This document shows positions 32,344-42,397 of a DNA stretch of 64,000 bases, in pieces; position 1 is the first letter of the stretch, and each line of letters begins with the position of its first letter. Made by a program: the position numbers and the translations under genes. The stretch spans positions 4,930 to 68,929 of the forward strand of contig JAKMFM010000168.1 in the NCBI GenBank assembly GCA_022425445.1. The letters are read 5' to 3'. The notes beneath the pieces were generated by a model. It saw only the letters and a program-made list of their open reading frames with translations, ran no database searches and had not been told where the DNA came from. The stretch comes from Planktomarina sp. (GTDB lineage Bacteria > Pseudomonadota > Alphaproteobacteria > Rhodobacterales > Rhodobacteraceae).

Positions 32344-34290
32344 TTACAGCAAATCCGGTGGTGTGGATTCGGTTTTGAGCGCCGCCACAAGTTGATCAAG
32401 TGCCACAACTTCACTATTTTTGCTGCCCAAGCGGCGCATTGATAGGGTCCGGTCCGCAACCTCTTTCATCCCCACCGCGAGGATCACAGGTACTTTAGCG
32501 ACGGAATGTTCACGCACTTTGTAATTGATTTTTTCGTTGCGGGTGTCCGCTTCGGCCCGGACGCCCACGGCGCGCAAAGCCGCAACGGCCTCATGCACAA
32601 ATTCATCGGCGTCCGATACGATGGAAGCCACCACCACCTGCCGCGGTGCCAGCCAAAGGGGCAAGCGCCCGGCATGTTCTTCGATCAATATCCCGATGAA
32701 ACGCTCAAAAGACCCCAGGCAGGCGCGATGCAGCATGACCGGCCGGTGCTTATTGCCATCTTCGCCGATATAGCTTGCATCTAAGCGCTCGGGCAGAACG
32801 AAATCCACCTGATGGGTGCCGCATTGCCAATCACGGCCAATGGCATCGGTTAAAACAAACTCCAATTTCGGACCGTAGAATGCACCTTCTCCGGGGTTCA
32901 TTTCCGGTTCGATACCTGCCTTGCGGGTTGCGGCCAGAAGGGCGGTTTCCGCCCGATCCCAGACCTCATCAGAGCCGGAGCGCTTTTCTGGCCGATCACT
33001 GAATTTCACGCGGAAGGATTCAAAGCCAAGATCTTTATATACAGAGGTTAGATAGGCGATATAGAGAGCGGTTTCCTCTTCGATTTGGTCCTCACGGCAG
33101 AAAATATGCCCGTCATCTTGCGTAAAGCCGCGCACCCGCATGATGCCATGAAGTGCCCCTGACGGCTCGTAGCGTGCGCAGCTGCCAAATTCAGCCATGC
33201 GCAGCGGCAGATCTCGGTAAGATTTTAGGCCTTGGTTGAAAATCTGCACATGACAGGGGCAGTTCATCGGCTTGAGCGCATTAACGGCCTTTTCGCGAGC
33301 ATGCTCTTCATCCACTTCGACGATGAACATATTCTCTTGATACTTGTCCCAATGGCCTGAGGCCACCCAAAGCTTGCGGTCCACCACCTGCGGGGTGTTG
33401 ACCTCAACATAGCCGCCTGCACGTTGTTTGCGGCGCATATAATCTTGGAGTTCGGTGTAGATGGTCCAGCCGTTTGGATGCCAAAAGACCTGTCCGGGTG
33501 CCTCTTCTTGCATATGGTACAAATCCATTTCGCGGCCCAGCTTGCGGTGGTCGCGTTTGGCGGCTTCTTCGAGCATATGCAGGTGAGCTTTGAGCTTTTC
33601 TTTGTTGGAAAATGCAACCCCATAGATCCGTTGCAACATCGCCCTATCGCTGTCGCCGCGCCAATAGGCGCCGGCCACACTCATCAATTTGAACCCATCT
33701 GCGGGCACTTGCCCTGTGTGTTGCAAATGTGGTCCACGGCACAGATCTTGCCAGTCACCGTGCCAATACATTCGCAGAGGTTCGTCACCAGGGATGGCGT
33801 CAATCAGCTCCACCTTATAGGGCTCTCTGGCGTCGGTATAATGTTGCACCGCGCGCGCGCGATCCCAAACTTCGGTGCGGACTGCATCGCGCTTATTGAT
33901 GATTTCCTTCATCTTTTTCTCAATCACGCCCAAGTCTTCTGGGGTGAAAGCCTCTTTGCGATCAAAGTCATAATACCAGCCGTCTTTGATCACCGGACCG
34001 ATCGTCACCTGCACATCAGGCCAAATTTCCTGAACCGCACGGGCCATGATATGGGCTAAATCATGCCGGATCAGCTCATTGGCTTGGACCTCATCTTTCA
34101 TGGTATGAATCGCGATCGTGGCGTCGGTCTCAATGGGCCAAACCAGATCAAAATGGGCACCATTCACCGTTGCGGAAATGGCTTTCTTCGCCAAAGAACT
34201 GGCGATATCAGCAGCCACTTCGGCGGCGGTGATGCCGGCCTCATAATGGCGGATAGAATTGTCGGGAAGGGTGAGTGAGATTTGGGCCAT
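32344..34290 (-). CDS. thrS: Threonine--tRNA ligase
   Basis: TGS N-domain, [42 protein letters not shown]; GAGGAG RBS. Confidence 0.96.
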   Translation of the reverse strand: MAQISLTLPDNSIRHYEAGITAAEVAADIASSLAKKAISATVNGAHFDLVWPIETDATIAIHTMKDEVQANELIRHDLAHIMARAVQEIWPDVQVTIGPVIKDGWYYDFDRKEAFTPEDLGVIEKKMKEIINKRDAVRTEVWDRARAVQHYTDAREPYKVELIDAIPGDEPLRMYWHGDWQDLCRGPHLQHTGQVPADGFKLMSVAGAYWRGDSDRAMLQRIYGVAFSNKEKLKAHLHMLEEAAKRDHRKLGREMDLYHMQEEAPGQVFWHPNGWTIYTELQDYMRRKQRAGGYVEVNTPQVVDRKLWVASGHWDKYQENMFIVEVDEEHAREKAVNALKPMNCPCHVQIFNQGLKSYRDLPLRMAEFGSCARYEPSGALHGIMRVRGFTQDDGHIFCREDQIEEETALYIAYLTSVYKDLGFESFRVKFSDRPEKRSGSDEVWDRAETALLAATRKAGIEPEMNPGEGAFYGPKLEFVLTDAIGRDWQCGTHQVDFVLPERLDASYIGEDGNKHRPVMLHRACLGSFERFIGILIEEHAGRLPLWLAPRQVVVASIVSDADEFVHEAVAALRAVGVRAEADTRNEKINYKVREHSVAKVPVILAVGMKEVADRTLSMRRLGSKNSEVVALDQLVAALKTESTPPDLL

Positions 34291-34312
34291 CACGGGCACT
34301 CCTCGTCAGTTT

Positions 34313-34329
34313 GGCGCCCACGGAACGCC
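34313..34329 (-). promoter_or_regulatory. Putative tRNA-Thr anticodon-mimic operator hairpin in the thrS leader
   Basis: Minus strand GGCGUUC-CGU-GGGCGCC with CGU at -32..-30, just upstream of the SD. Confidence 0.6.
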
Positions 34330-34512
34330 CGGTTGCGGGTATTTGGTTCGGCTGCTGTTTGGCGGTTTTGAATTTGGCTGTCAACCACCCAAACACTGGG
34401 GCGCGTTGCGGCCAATATGACACAGGCCCAGCCGTTGGCACCGCAGGGGCGCGAAATTCCATTGTCAGGACCCATTGTGCAGATAAAATCTGGCTCAAAC
34501 TTGGGGGTGCGC

Positions 34513-35262
34513 ATGAAATTTTTGACAACGGATTCAGGTCGAAGAATTGCTTATGCGCAGAGCAAAGGCACGGGGCCCGGCGTGGTGTTTTTGGGCGGGT
34601 TTATGTCCGATATGACAGGCACCAAAGCGCTGCATTTGGAGTCCTGGTGCAAGGCGGAAGGCCGCGGGTTTTTGCGATTTGACTATTCAGGGCACGGCGC
34701 GTCTTCGGAGGCCTTCACAGATGGGTGCATTGGCGATTGGGCGGAAGATGCGCAGTCGGCAATTTGTGAACTGACCGAAGGGGCACAAATTTTGGTTGGC
34801 TCATCTATGGGCGGATGGATTTCCCTTCTAATGACGAAACGGATTCCAGAGCGAATTGCAGGGCTCGTGACCATCGCCGCGGCTCCGGATTTTACGGAGG
34901 ATGGGTTTTGGGCAAATTTCAACGCTGACACTCGCAAATTTTTGACGCAAGAGGGGCTGGTTAATATTCCTTCGGGTTATGGCGATCCCTATCCGATCAC
35001 CAAGCGCCTGATTGAGGATGGTCGGTCACATCTTGTTCTGCGCAGCCCGTTGAATTTGCCCTTTCCGACGCGATTTTTGCAAGGTGATGAGGATGAAGAG
35101 GTGTCGGTTGAACTGGCGCAACGTCTTTTTGCGCTTGCGACCGGCGACGACATTCAACTGCGCTTGCTCAAAGGCGGGGATCACCGATTTTCATCTCCCA
35201 GGGCTTTGGCCTTGACCCAAGAGGCAATAACGGATGTGATTGGGGCTACTAAGGCAGAATGA
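34513..35262 (+). CDS. Alpha/beta hydrolase (ABHD10-like)
   Basis: GGFMSDMTGTKA, RFDYSGHG, nucleophile GSSMGG, AAAPDF, GDHRFS. Confidence 0.85.
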   Translation: MKFLTTDSGRRIAYAQSKGTGPGVVFLGGFMSDMTGTKALHLESWCKAEGRGFLRFDYSGHGASSEAFTDGCIGDWAEDAQSAICELTEGAQILVGSSMGGWISLLMTKRIPERIAGLVTIAAAPDFTEDGFWANFNADTRKFLTQEGLVNIPSGYGDPYPITKRLIEDGRSHLVLRSPLNLPFPTRFLQGDEDEEVSVELAQRLFALATGDDIQLRLLKGGDHRFSSPRALALTQEAITDVIGATKAE

Positions 35263-35280
35263 ATTTTAGGAGACGGGCCC

Positions 35281-35589
35281 ATGGCACAGTTTTTATTAAC
35301 CTATTTAGAGCAACCTCAGATGAGTTCTCCAGAAGACGGCAAGGCCCATATGGGAAAATGGATGGACTGGTTGGCCGGCCTTGGGGAGGCTGTGGTCTAT
35401 CCCGCTTCTCCGGTGAAACGCTCCAAGGTGGTTGGCCCGGATGGGCTTAGTGATGAGCCTGTAGCCATCACCGGATTTTTGATCGTTGAGGCAGAGGATA
35501 TGGACGCTGCGGTGAAAATCGCGCAGGCTGATCCGTTTTCAGATCATGCCAAAATGGCGGTTTCCGAATTGATGGTTATGGGCGGCTGA
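35281..35589 (+). CDS. YciI-related (DGPF-like) small protein
   Basis: WMDWL, ITGFLIVEAEDMDAAVKIAQADP; AGGAG RBS. Confidence 0.7.
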   Translation: MAQFLLTYLEQPQMSSPEDGKAHMGKWMDWLAGLGEAVVYPASPVKRSKVVGPDGLSDEPVAITGFLIVEAEDMDAAVKIAQADPFSDHAKMAVSELMVMGG

Positions 35590-35661
35590 GCGGCAGACGC
35601 AGATTGTTGCGGCGCGCGTAGGGCAGATGTATCGCTGTGCGATCGGCTAAACGGGCAGGCG

Positions 35662-36675
35662 CTATTTCTTTGCGCTGTGCTTTGAAACAGATTTTTCAGC
35701 TTTGTTTCTCGCCCGGTCACGCCGTTTTCGATCTGCCAAGAATTTGGTGTTTTCGGCATCTTCCGCCACAAGTTTGAGCCATCGTTGCAGGCGGGGCACG
35801 TCAACGTCCCCAGAGGCAATGGCCGCTTGCACAGCACAGCCCGGTTCGGTGTTATGGGCGCAATCATTGAAGCGGCAGTTTTGTTGGAGCGCGTGCAAAT
35901 CCGCGAAGGTTTCTTCTAAGCCGCTGGAAACATCAGTCAGCTGAATTTCACGCATCCCGGGCGTATCCAGAACGGCGCATCCGCTCGGCAGAATATACAG
36001 TTGTCGTCCGGTGGTGGTGTGGCGGCCCTTGCCGTCGCTGGCGCGGATATCTTGGGTGGCGATGGCCTCATTGCCGGCTAGGGAATTGGTCAAGGTGGAT
36101 TTACCCACCCCAGATGAGCCAAGAAACGCGACGGTTTGCCCGGCTTGGCACCAAGAGCGCAGAAGGCCACTGGCCTTGGGACTGCGGGCATCAAGGGGGA
36201 CCACGGAGATCTGTGGTGAAATACTTTGGGCCTGCTCGACAAAGGCGCTGGGGTCGGTGGTCAAATCAATTTTGCTTAAAATGATGACTGGTGTGACACC
36301 GGCATCATGGGCCATGGCAACGTAACGTTCCAACCGCGCCAGGCTGAAGTCATTGTTGCAAGAGGTCACAACAAATGCCGTATCGAGATTGGCAGCGATC
36401 AGCTGTTCTTTGCGATCATGGCCCGGTGCGCGCCTTTTTATCAGGCTCTTTCGGCTCAACAATTGACTGTTGCGCGGCGCCTCTTTGTCAAAGAGGAGCC
36501 AGTCTCCAACGGTGACCCCTTGCAGGCTTGGAATGATCGTATCGAGATCAACACCCTGGATATGCAGCGTGTTTCGATGCACCTGGGTGATGCGCACGGG
36601 CGGTGTTTGCGCCAGGGCGGCTGAGGTGGCTTGATCGGCAAAATGCTCTGACCAGCCCAGCGCGCGCAGGCTCAA
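35662..36675 (-). CDS. rsgA: Ribosome small subunit-dependent GTPase A
   Basis: VGDW, AANLD, RLERY, SKID, GSSGVGKST, GRHTTT, DTPGMRE, Zn site CRFNDCAHNTEPGC; TTG start. Confidence 0.9.
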   Translation of the reverse strand: MSLRALGWSEHFADQATSAALAQTPPVRITQVHRNTLHIQGVDLDTIIPSLQGVTVGDWLLFDKEAPRNSQLLSRKSLIKRRAPGHDRKEQLIAANLDTAFVVTSCNNDFSLARLERYVAMAHDAGVTPVIILSKIDLTTDPSAFVEQAQSISPQISVVPLDARSPKASGLLRSWCQAGQTVAFLGSSGVGKSTLTNSLAGNEAIATQDIRASDGKGRHTTTGRQLYILPSGCAVLDTPGMREIQLTDVSSGLEETFADLHALQQNCRFNDCAHNTEPGCAVQAAIASGDVDVPRLQRWLKLVAEDAENTKFLADRKRRDRARNKAEKSVSKHSAKK

Positions 36676-37931
36676 GCTTTCGATGGTTTTGGCTTTCTGT
36701 GCTGCTTCGCGCCGGCGATAAATTCAAGAACCAAGGGGCGGATATTATTGCGCCAGCTTTTCCCCGCAAAAATTCCATAGTGGCCAGCGCCCGGTTCGAG
36801 ATGTGCGGCTTTTAGGGATTGCGGCAGCCCGGTGAGCAGATCCAGCGCGGCCAAACATTGTCCCGGCGCGGAGATGTCATCATTCTCCCCCTCTACCACA
36901 ATGACCGGAACAGATGTGATTTTCGAGATATCTGCATGAATCCCTTGCACATAAAATGCGTTGCGCGCCACTTCACGTTGCTTGAAAATCCGATGCACCG
37001 TTGAGAGGTAAAATTCGGCTGTCATATCCATCACGGCGAGATATTCATCATAGAAGCGATTGTGCTTGTCATTGTCGCGCGCTTCGCCCTGAGCCGTGCG
37101 GATTATTTGATCGGTGAATGCCTTGCCATGGGTATCGCTGTTCATGGACATGAAGCTCATCAATTGTAGGAGGCCCGGATAGACTCTGCGACCGACACCG
37201 GCATGTTGGAATCCAACCTGCTGGATCATAGTTTCTTCCAACTGGCCCATTTGGACGCGATTGCCAAAGTCGGTGACGTCACTGGGGTTGGCATCTGGAT
37301 CAATTGGGCCGCCGATTAAAGTCAGGCTCGCGGGTTGCGCCTCTGGGGCGGTGGCGGCGAGATAGGCTGTTGCGACAAGAGCAATTGGTCCGGGCTGGCA
37401 CACGGCAATAACATGGGTGTCAGAACCCAGCTCTTTTATGAACTCTGCCAGATAGAGGGTGTAGTCTTCCACATCGAACTTACCGGCGCTGACAGGAATA
37501 TCGCGGGCATTGTGCCAATCAGTGATATAGACTTCACAATCGGGCAGCAGGCTGCGCACGGTGGAGCGCAAGAGCGTGGCGTAATGTCCGCTCATGGGAG
37601 CAACCAAAAGCACCTTGCGGTCCCGTGGGGTGCGGCCAGGTACGGCGAAATGGATCAAGTCGCCAAACGGCTTGGCCACTACGGTTTCGACTTCGACCAA
37701 ATGATCTTTGCCATCCTCGGTTGAGACAAAATCCAAACGCCAACCAGGTTTGACCACCATGCGTGCATAGGCCCGTTCGGTGACTTCGCCCCAAGCGGAC
37801 ATCCATTGGAAAGCTGGATTGGGAACCATGGCAAACATCGGGTAGGACGCCATCGCTTTTGCTGTTGCGCCCATCCACTGGTTGGTGTTCCGCAATGTTT
37901 CCATCATATCATAAGTGGCCATATAGCGCAT
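36672..37931 (-). CDS. phaZ: Intracellular polyhydroxyalkanoate depolymerase
   Basis: APMSGHYATLLR, AVCQP catalytic Cys, YPGLLQL, EGENDDIS, GHYGIF. Confidence 0.92.
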   Translation of the reverse strand: MRYMATYDMMETLRNTNQWMGATAKAMASYPMFAMVPNPAFQWMSAWGEVTERAYARMVVKPGWRLDFVSTEDGKDHLVEVETVVAKPFGDLIHFAVPGRTPRDRKVLLVAPMSGHYATLLRSTVRSLLPDCEVYITDWHNARDIPVSAGKFDVEDYTLYLAEFIKELGSDTHVIAVCQPGPIALVATAYLAATAPEAQPASLTLIGGPIDPDANPSDVTDFGNRVQMGQLEETMIQQVGFQHAGVGRRVYPGLLQLMSFMSMNSDTHGKAFTDQIIRTAQGEARDNDKHNRFYDEYLAVMDMTAEFYLSTVHRIFKQREVARNAFYVQGIHADISKITSVPVIVVEGENDDISAPGQCLAALDLLTGLPQSLKAAHLEPGAGHYGIFAGKSWRNNIRPLVLEFIAGAKQHRKPKPSKA

Positions 37932-37994
37932 TGATGTTTCTCTCCTTGCATGGCGGCTATGCAACTTTATATTTTGATAATTATAAAGTTTCAT

Positions 37995-38013
37995 TTATGC
38001 TGCAACTGCAAAA
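37995..38013. promoter_or_regulatory. PhaR-type operator between phaZ and phaC
   Basis: TTTATGCTGCAACTGCAAA containing CTGC-N4-GCA. Confidence 0.6.
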
Positions 38014-38031
38014 TAGGGGGCTTTTGTCGAC

Positions 38032-39774
38032 ATGACAACTGATAATGGCAGCACCGAGCTCGGGTTAGAGCGGTTGACGGAAAATTTACAACGTGTCGAG
38101 GCGCTGACTCAGCGGCTTTTGGCAGCGGTTTCCCACAAAAAACCCGTGCGAGCTGCGCTCCAGGGGCCAGGACATGAGCTGTTTACCAAGGCGGCAACGG
38201 CCTATGTCACCGAGATGATGAGCAATCCATCCCGTGTGATCGAGCAGCAAATCGCCTATTGGGGGCAATCACTACAGCATTTCGTCGACAGCCAGAGCGC
38301 ACCTGCCGACCGCAGATTCTCAGATCCACTATGGAATGAGCACCCTTATTTTAATTTCATAAGGCAGCAATATCTGCTCAATACCAAGGCAATGGAAGCG
38401 GCCGTTGCGCAGATGGATAATCTCGACCCGCGAGAGCGGCAAAAGCTGGATTTCTTTAGCCGTCAGATTATGGATATGTTTAGCCCAAGCAATTTTCTCG
38501 GTACGAACCCGCAGGCCTTGGCTCGGGCGGTTGAGACCGATGGCGAGAGCCTCGTGCGCGGCTTAGAAAATCTTGTGCGAGATATTGAAGCCAATAATGG
38601 CGACCTCATGGTGACACTGGCCGATCAAGGCGCTTTTGATGTCGGGGGCAATATCGCGACGACGCCAGGCAAAGTTGTGTTCCGCAATCACCTGTTCGAG
38701 CTGATCCAGTATAGTCCAACCACGCAAACGGTGCAGGAGGTGCCTTTGGTCGTCTTCCCACCTTGGATCAACAAATTTTACATTATGGATCTGCGGCCAG
38801 AGAACAGCTTGGTGAAATGGATTGTCGATCAAGGCTTCACCCTTTTTGTGGTGAGCTGGATAAATCCAGACGCGTCCATGCGCGACACGGGTGTTTCAAC
38901 CTATATCGAGGATGGTTTTCTGACGGCCATTGAACAGGTCAAAAAGATTTGCGACGTGCCGCAGGTCAATGCCACTGGCTATTGCATAGGGGGCACGACC
39001 CTGTCCCTGACGCTGGCGCTTTTGGCTCAGCGCGGCGACACGTCGGTGAAATCCGCAACCCTATTTACCACTCTGACAGATTTTTCCGATCAAGGGGAGA
39101 TGTCGGTATTCTTGGACAATGACTTTGTGGATGGAATCGCGGCTGAGGTGGAGGACAATGGCATCTTAGATAAATTCTTCATGTCACGGACCTTTTCCTT
39201 TTTGCGCTCGAATGATCTGATCTATGGCCCCGCAATTCGTCACTATATGATGGGAGAAACGCCGCCGGCGTTTGACTTGCTGTATTGGAATGGCGACGGC
39301 ACCAACCTGCCTGGCCGCATGGCGATTGAGTATCTGCGCGGGCTTTGTCAAAAAAATCAATTCGCCGATGGTGGGTTTGAGGTCTGCGGTGCACGGTTGC
39401 AATTGAGCGATATTGTCGTGCCGGTCTGTGCGGTGGCCTGTGAGACAGATCACATTGCCGCTTGGGCACAATCCTATCGGGGCGTGCAGCAAATGACTGG
39501 TGCCGACCGCCATTTCATCTTGGCCGAATCTGGACATGTCGCAGGGATCATCAATCCACCGCAGCGCAACAAATATGGCTATTATACTCAAAAGTCCTTG
39601 GCCCAGAGCCCAGAAGATTGGCAGTCTTCTGCCACTTATACCAAAGGCAGTTGGTGGCCAGCTTGGAAAGATTGGTTAATGCTGCAAAGCGGCGAGAGCC
39701 TCAAGGCGCGCAAGCCAAAATCTCCCAACGGATTGAAATTATCCAATGCACCTGGGCAGTATGTGTTGAAATAA
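38032..39774 (+). CDS. phaC: Class I PHA synthase
   Basis: DRRF, PPWINKFYIMDL, lipase box GYCIGG, LYWNGD, DHIA, SGHVAG, SWW. Confidence 0.93.
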   Translation: MTTDNGSTELGLERLTENLQRVEALTQRLLAAVSHKKPVRAALQGPGHELFTKAATAYVTEMMSNPSRVIEQQIAYWGQSLQHFVDSQSAPADRRFSDPLWNEHPYFNFIRQQYLLNTKAMEAAVAQMDNLDPRERQKLDFFSRQIMDMFSPSNFLGTNPQALARAVETDGESLVRGLENLVRDIEANNGDLMVTLADQGAFDVGGNIATTPGKVVFRNHLFELIQYSPTTQTVQEVPLVVFPPWINKFYIMDLRPENSLVKWIVDQGFTLFVVSWINPDASMRDTGVSTYIEDGFLTAIEQVKKICDVPQVNATGYCIGGTTLSLTLALLAQRGDTSVKSATLFTTLTDFSDQGEMSVFLDNDFVDGIAAEVEDNGILDKFFMSRTFSFLRSNDLIYGPAIRHYMMGETPPAFDLLYWNGDGTNLPGRMAIEYLRGLCQKNQFADGGFEVCGARLQLSDIVVPVCAVACETDHIAAWAQSYRGVQQMTGADRHFILAESGHVAGIINPPQRNKYGYYTQKSLAQSPEDWQSSATYTKGSWWPAWKDWLMLQSGESLKARKPKSPNGLKLSNAPGQYVLK

Positions 39775-39820
39775 TTTATGCTGCAATGCAGAAATTACTT
39801 GCAATGCCGCGGCGCAGCAT
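39775..39820. promoter_or_regulatory. Two PhaR-type operators upstream of phasin
   Basis: CTGCAATGCAG (39781-39791; CTGC-N3-GCAG) and near-palindrome ATGCCGCGGCGCAGCAT (39804-39820). Confidence 0.65.
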
Positions 39821-39863
39821 CTATGTAGGTGTCAGAGAGATAACACGCTTGAGGATTAAGCAC

Positions 39864-40286
39864 ATGACAAAGACACCTGATTACACCGCGATGTTCAAAG
39901 ACATGATGGGTAAATTCCCAGTAGATATGTCTGCTTTTGAAGATGCCTATAAAGCTCAAGCGGCTTTTGGCGAAAAAATGTCCGCCGTTGCTTTGGAAGC
40001 TGCGATGAAATCTGCCGAGATTTCTTCGGCTTGGACAAAAGCTTCTTTGGAAAAAGTTGCTGACTTGTCAAAAGTAAACGCAGATCCTGCTGCGGCTGCA
40101 CAGACATTGACAGATTTTGCATCCGCCTCTGCGGAAATGGCTGCTGAGAACATGGCTGCGATGGCTGGTGTTGCGAAAAAAGTACAGCTCGACTCCGCTG
40201 AGTTGATGATGGCTGCTGGAAAAGAAGTGAGTGCTGAAGCCACAGCTGCAATGAAAAAAGCCGGCAAAGCTGCGAAAGCTGCCTGA
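39864..40286 (+). CDS. phaP: Phasin (PHA granule protein)
   Basis: Ala/Lys-rich 140-aa protein MTKTPDY...FPVD between phaC and phaR; GAGG RBS; followed by a terminator. Confidence 0.85.
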   Translation: MTKTPDYTAMFKDMMGKFPVDMSAFEDAYKAQAAFGEKMSAVALEAAMKSAEISSAWTKASLEKVADLSKVNADPAAAAQTLTDFASASAEMAAENMAAMAGVAKKVQLDSAELMMAAGKEVSAEATAAMKKAGKAAKAA

Positions 40287-40342
40287 GCGCCGACATAAAA
40301 TTAGGTTTATCTGTCCTCCCAAATTTAGGTGAACCGGTATTG

Positions 40343-40375
40343 AAGGGCGTGGCACTTGCTGCGCCCTTTCTTTTT
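40343..40375 (+). terminator. Intrinsic terminator after phaP
   Basis: AAGGGCGTGGCA-CT-TGCTGCGCCCTT stem followed by TCTTTTT. Confidence 0.75.
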
Positions 40376-40443
40376 GTGCTGCGTTTGCATAGCATTTCCG
40401 CAGGGCCGCGCAAAAGCGGTGAGTCGCTGCAAAGGGCTGGAAT

Positions 40444-40992
40444 ATGACCAAGAAAACAAAGCCGCTTTTGATAAAGCGTTATGCAAGCCGGCGTTTATAC
40501 AACACCGAATCAAGCGATTATGTAACACTGGATGATATTGCGGGGTTCATTCGAGAGGGGCGCGAGGTACAAATTATCGACCTAAAATCTGGCGATGATT
40601 TGACGCGGCAATATTTGCTGCAAATTATAGCCGAACACGAAAGCCGCGGTGAAAATGTCTTGCCGGTTGACGTTCTAACCGATCTGGTGCGCTCTTACGC
40701 CTCACAAGCCACATCGGTTGTACCGCAATTTCTTGCGGCCAGCTTTGAGATGCTGCGCGATGGGCAATCCAAAGCCATGGAAAATCTCACAGTGGTCAAT
40801 CCCATGGCCGCGATGCCGGGCTTTGAGATGATGAAGGCTCAGCAAGAGGCATTTATGAAGGCCATGACCGGCGGATTGTCTGGATCGAGCCCGGCCAGCA
40901 GCACCGAGAGCAGTGCCGGTGAAAGCGCCAATGATCTGAACGATATCAAATCCCAATTGGCGGAGCTGCAAGAAAAATTGTCAAAATTATAA
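40444..40992 (+). CDS. phaR: PHA synthesis repressor
   Basis: IKRYASRRLYNTESSDYVTL, DLTRQYLLQII. Confidence 0.93.
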   Translation: MTKKTKPLLIKRYASRRLYNTESSDYVTLDDIAGFIREGREVQIIDLKSGDDLTRQYLLQIIAEHESRGENVLPVDVLTDLVRSYASQATSVVPQFLAASFEMLRDGQSKAMENLTVVNPMAAMPGFEMMKAQQEAFMKAMTGGLSGSSPASSTESSAGESANDLNDIKSQLAELQEKLSKL

Positions 40993-41029
40993 GGCAATGT
41001 CGGGCGGAAGACCCCGCCCGATGCAAGGA

Positions 41030-42397
41030 CTAGGCCACTTCAAGGAACACTTTCTTCAAAGCCGCTTCCAGCTTTTCAAACATCTCGTCAATATGGCTTT
41101 CGGTGAAGATGAACGCCGGGCATAATACGATGGACTGTCCCAAAGGCCGACAGATCAACCCGTGATCGGTGCAGCTGTTCGCTATGCGCTCACTGACAGA
41201 TAATTCTGCGGCAAAGGGGGTTTTGCTGTCCTTATCTTGCACAGCCTCCAAAGCTCCCATCAAGCCCTTACCTCTTGCCTCACCAATATTTGGGTTCTCA
41301 AGGAGCCGCTGCATATGTGCCTCGAAATAGGGAGTCAGGCGGCGTACATTTTCAGCAAGCCCTTCATTCAAGATGACATCAATGGCTTTCAAAGCAATTG
41401 CAGAGCCGACCGGATGGCCTGATGCGGTGAACCCATGCGGGAATTCCTCAATTGCCTCTGAGGCTGCTTGCAAGCGCTGGGTTAATTGCGGGCCTAGAAT
41501 GACGGCCCCCATTGGGAAATATCCAGCCGTGAGGTTTTTGGAGCTGATAATGGCATCGGGAACAAATTCATAGGCCTCGCAGCCCCAAGTATGCCCGGTG
41601 CGCCCAAAACCGCAAATCACCTCATCGGAAATCAACGGGATCCCATATTTTTTCAAAATGGGCTGTAGCGCTTGAAAGTATCCCTCTGGCGGTGGAATGA
41701 CCCCACCTGCGCCCAGAACCGGTTCTGCGAAGAACCCGGCAATCGTGTCTGCGCCCTCACGCAAGATCATCTCTTCCAATTCTGCCGCAAGCCGGGCAGT
41801 AAACTGCGCCTCTGTCTCGCCAGGCCGGCCCTCTCGCCAGAAATGCGGGCAGGTCAAATGCAAAAAGCCCGGCAAGGGCAGGCCGAAGACCGCGTTATAG
41901 GGTTTGCCGGTCATTGAGGCTGATACCGCCGTGACGCCGTGGTAGGCATTCTTGCGTGTAATAATTTTGCGCCGCTGACTATGGCCTTCAGAGCCGTGCA
42001 AAAACCAAAGCATTTTGACCATCGTGTCGTTGGCTTCAGAGCCAGAGTTGGTGTAAAACACCTTGCCGGTCTCGAAGGGCGAGACCTCAATCAGCTTTTC
42101 CGATAGCATTACGGTTTGGTCGGACATGCGGCCGAAGAAGGCGTGATAGCCGGGAAAGCGATCATATTGACCCTTGGCGGCCTGCGCGAGACCGGCATGA
42201 TCAAATCCGGCCACCATATTCCAAAGTCCGGAGTTGGCGTCTAAAAATTGCTGGCCATGCACATCAAAAACATAGGGGCCGCGGCCGTGGGTGAGTACGG
42301 TCGCGCCGCGATTTTCAATCGTTGGTAAATCGGTGAAGCCATAGAAGGAGTGGGCGTCTGCCCGTGCTTCCCAGCTGTTGGGAGATTGGTCTTTCAT
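41030..42397 (-). CDS. Class III omega-amine:pyruvate transaminase (V. fluvialis/Paracoccus ATA-like)
   Basis: SWEARA, YGFTD, DANSGLWN, YHAFFGR, DEVICGFGRTG, PLP lysine SSKNL, HGFTASGHP; start at MKDQS. Confidence 0.9.
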   Translation of the reverse strand: MKDQSPNSWEARADAHSFYGFTDLPTIENRGATVLTHGRGPYVFDVHGQQFLDANSGLWNMVAGFDHAGLAQAAKGQYDRFPGYHAFFGRMSDQTVMLSEKLIEVSPFETGKVFYTNSGSEANDTMVKMLWFLHGSEGHSQRRKIITRKNAYHGVTAVSASMTGKPYNAVFGLPLPGFLHLTCPHFWREGRPGETEAQFTARLAAELEEMILREGADTIAGFFAEPVLGAGGVIPPPEGYFQALQPILKKYGIPLISDEVICGFGRTGHTWGCEAYEFVPDAIISSKNLTAGYFPMGAVILGPQLTQRLQAASEAIEEFPHGFTASGHPVGSAIALKAIDVILNEGLAENVRRLTPYFEAHMQRLLENPNIGEARGKGLMGALEAVQDKDSKTPFAAELSVSERIANSCTDHGLICRPLGQSIVLCPAFIFTESHIDEMFEKLEAALKKVFLEVA

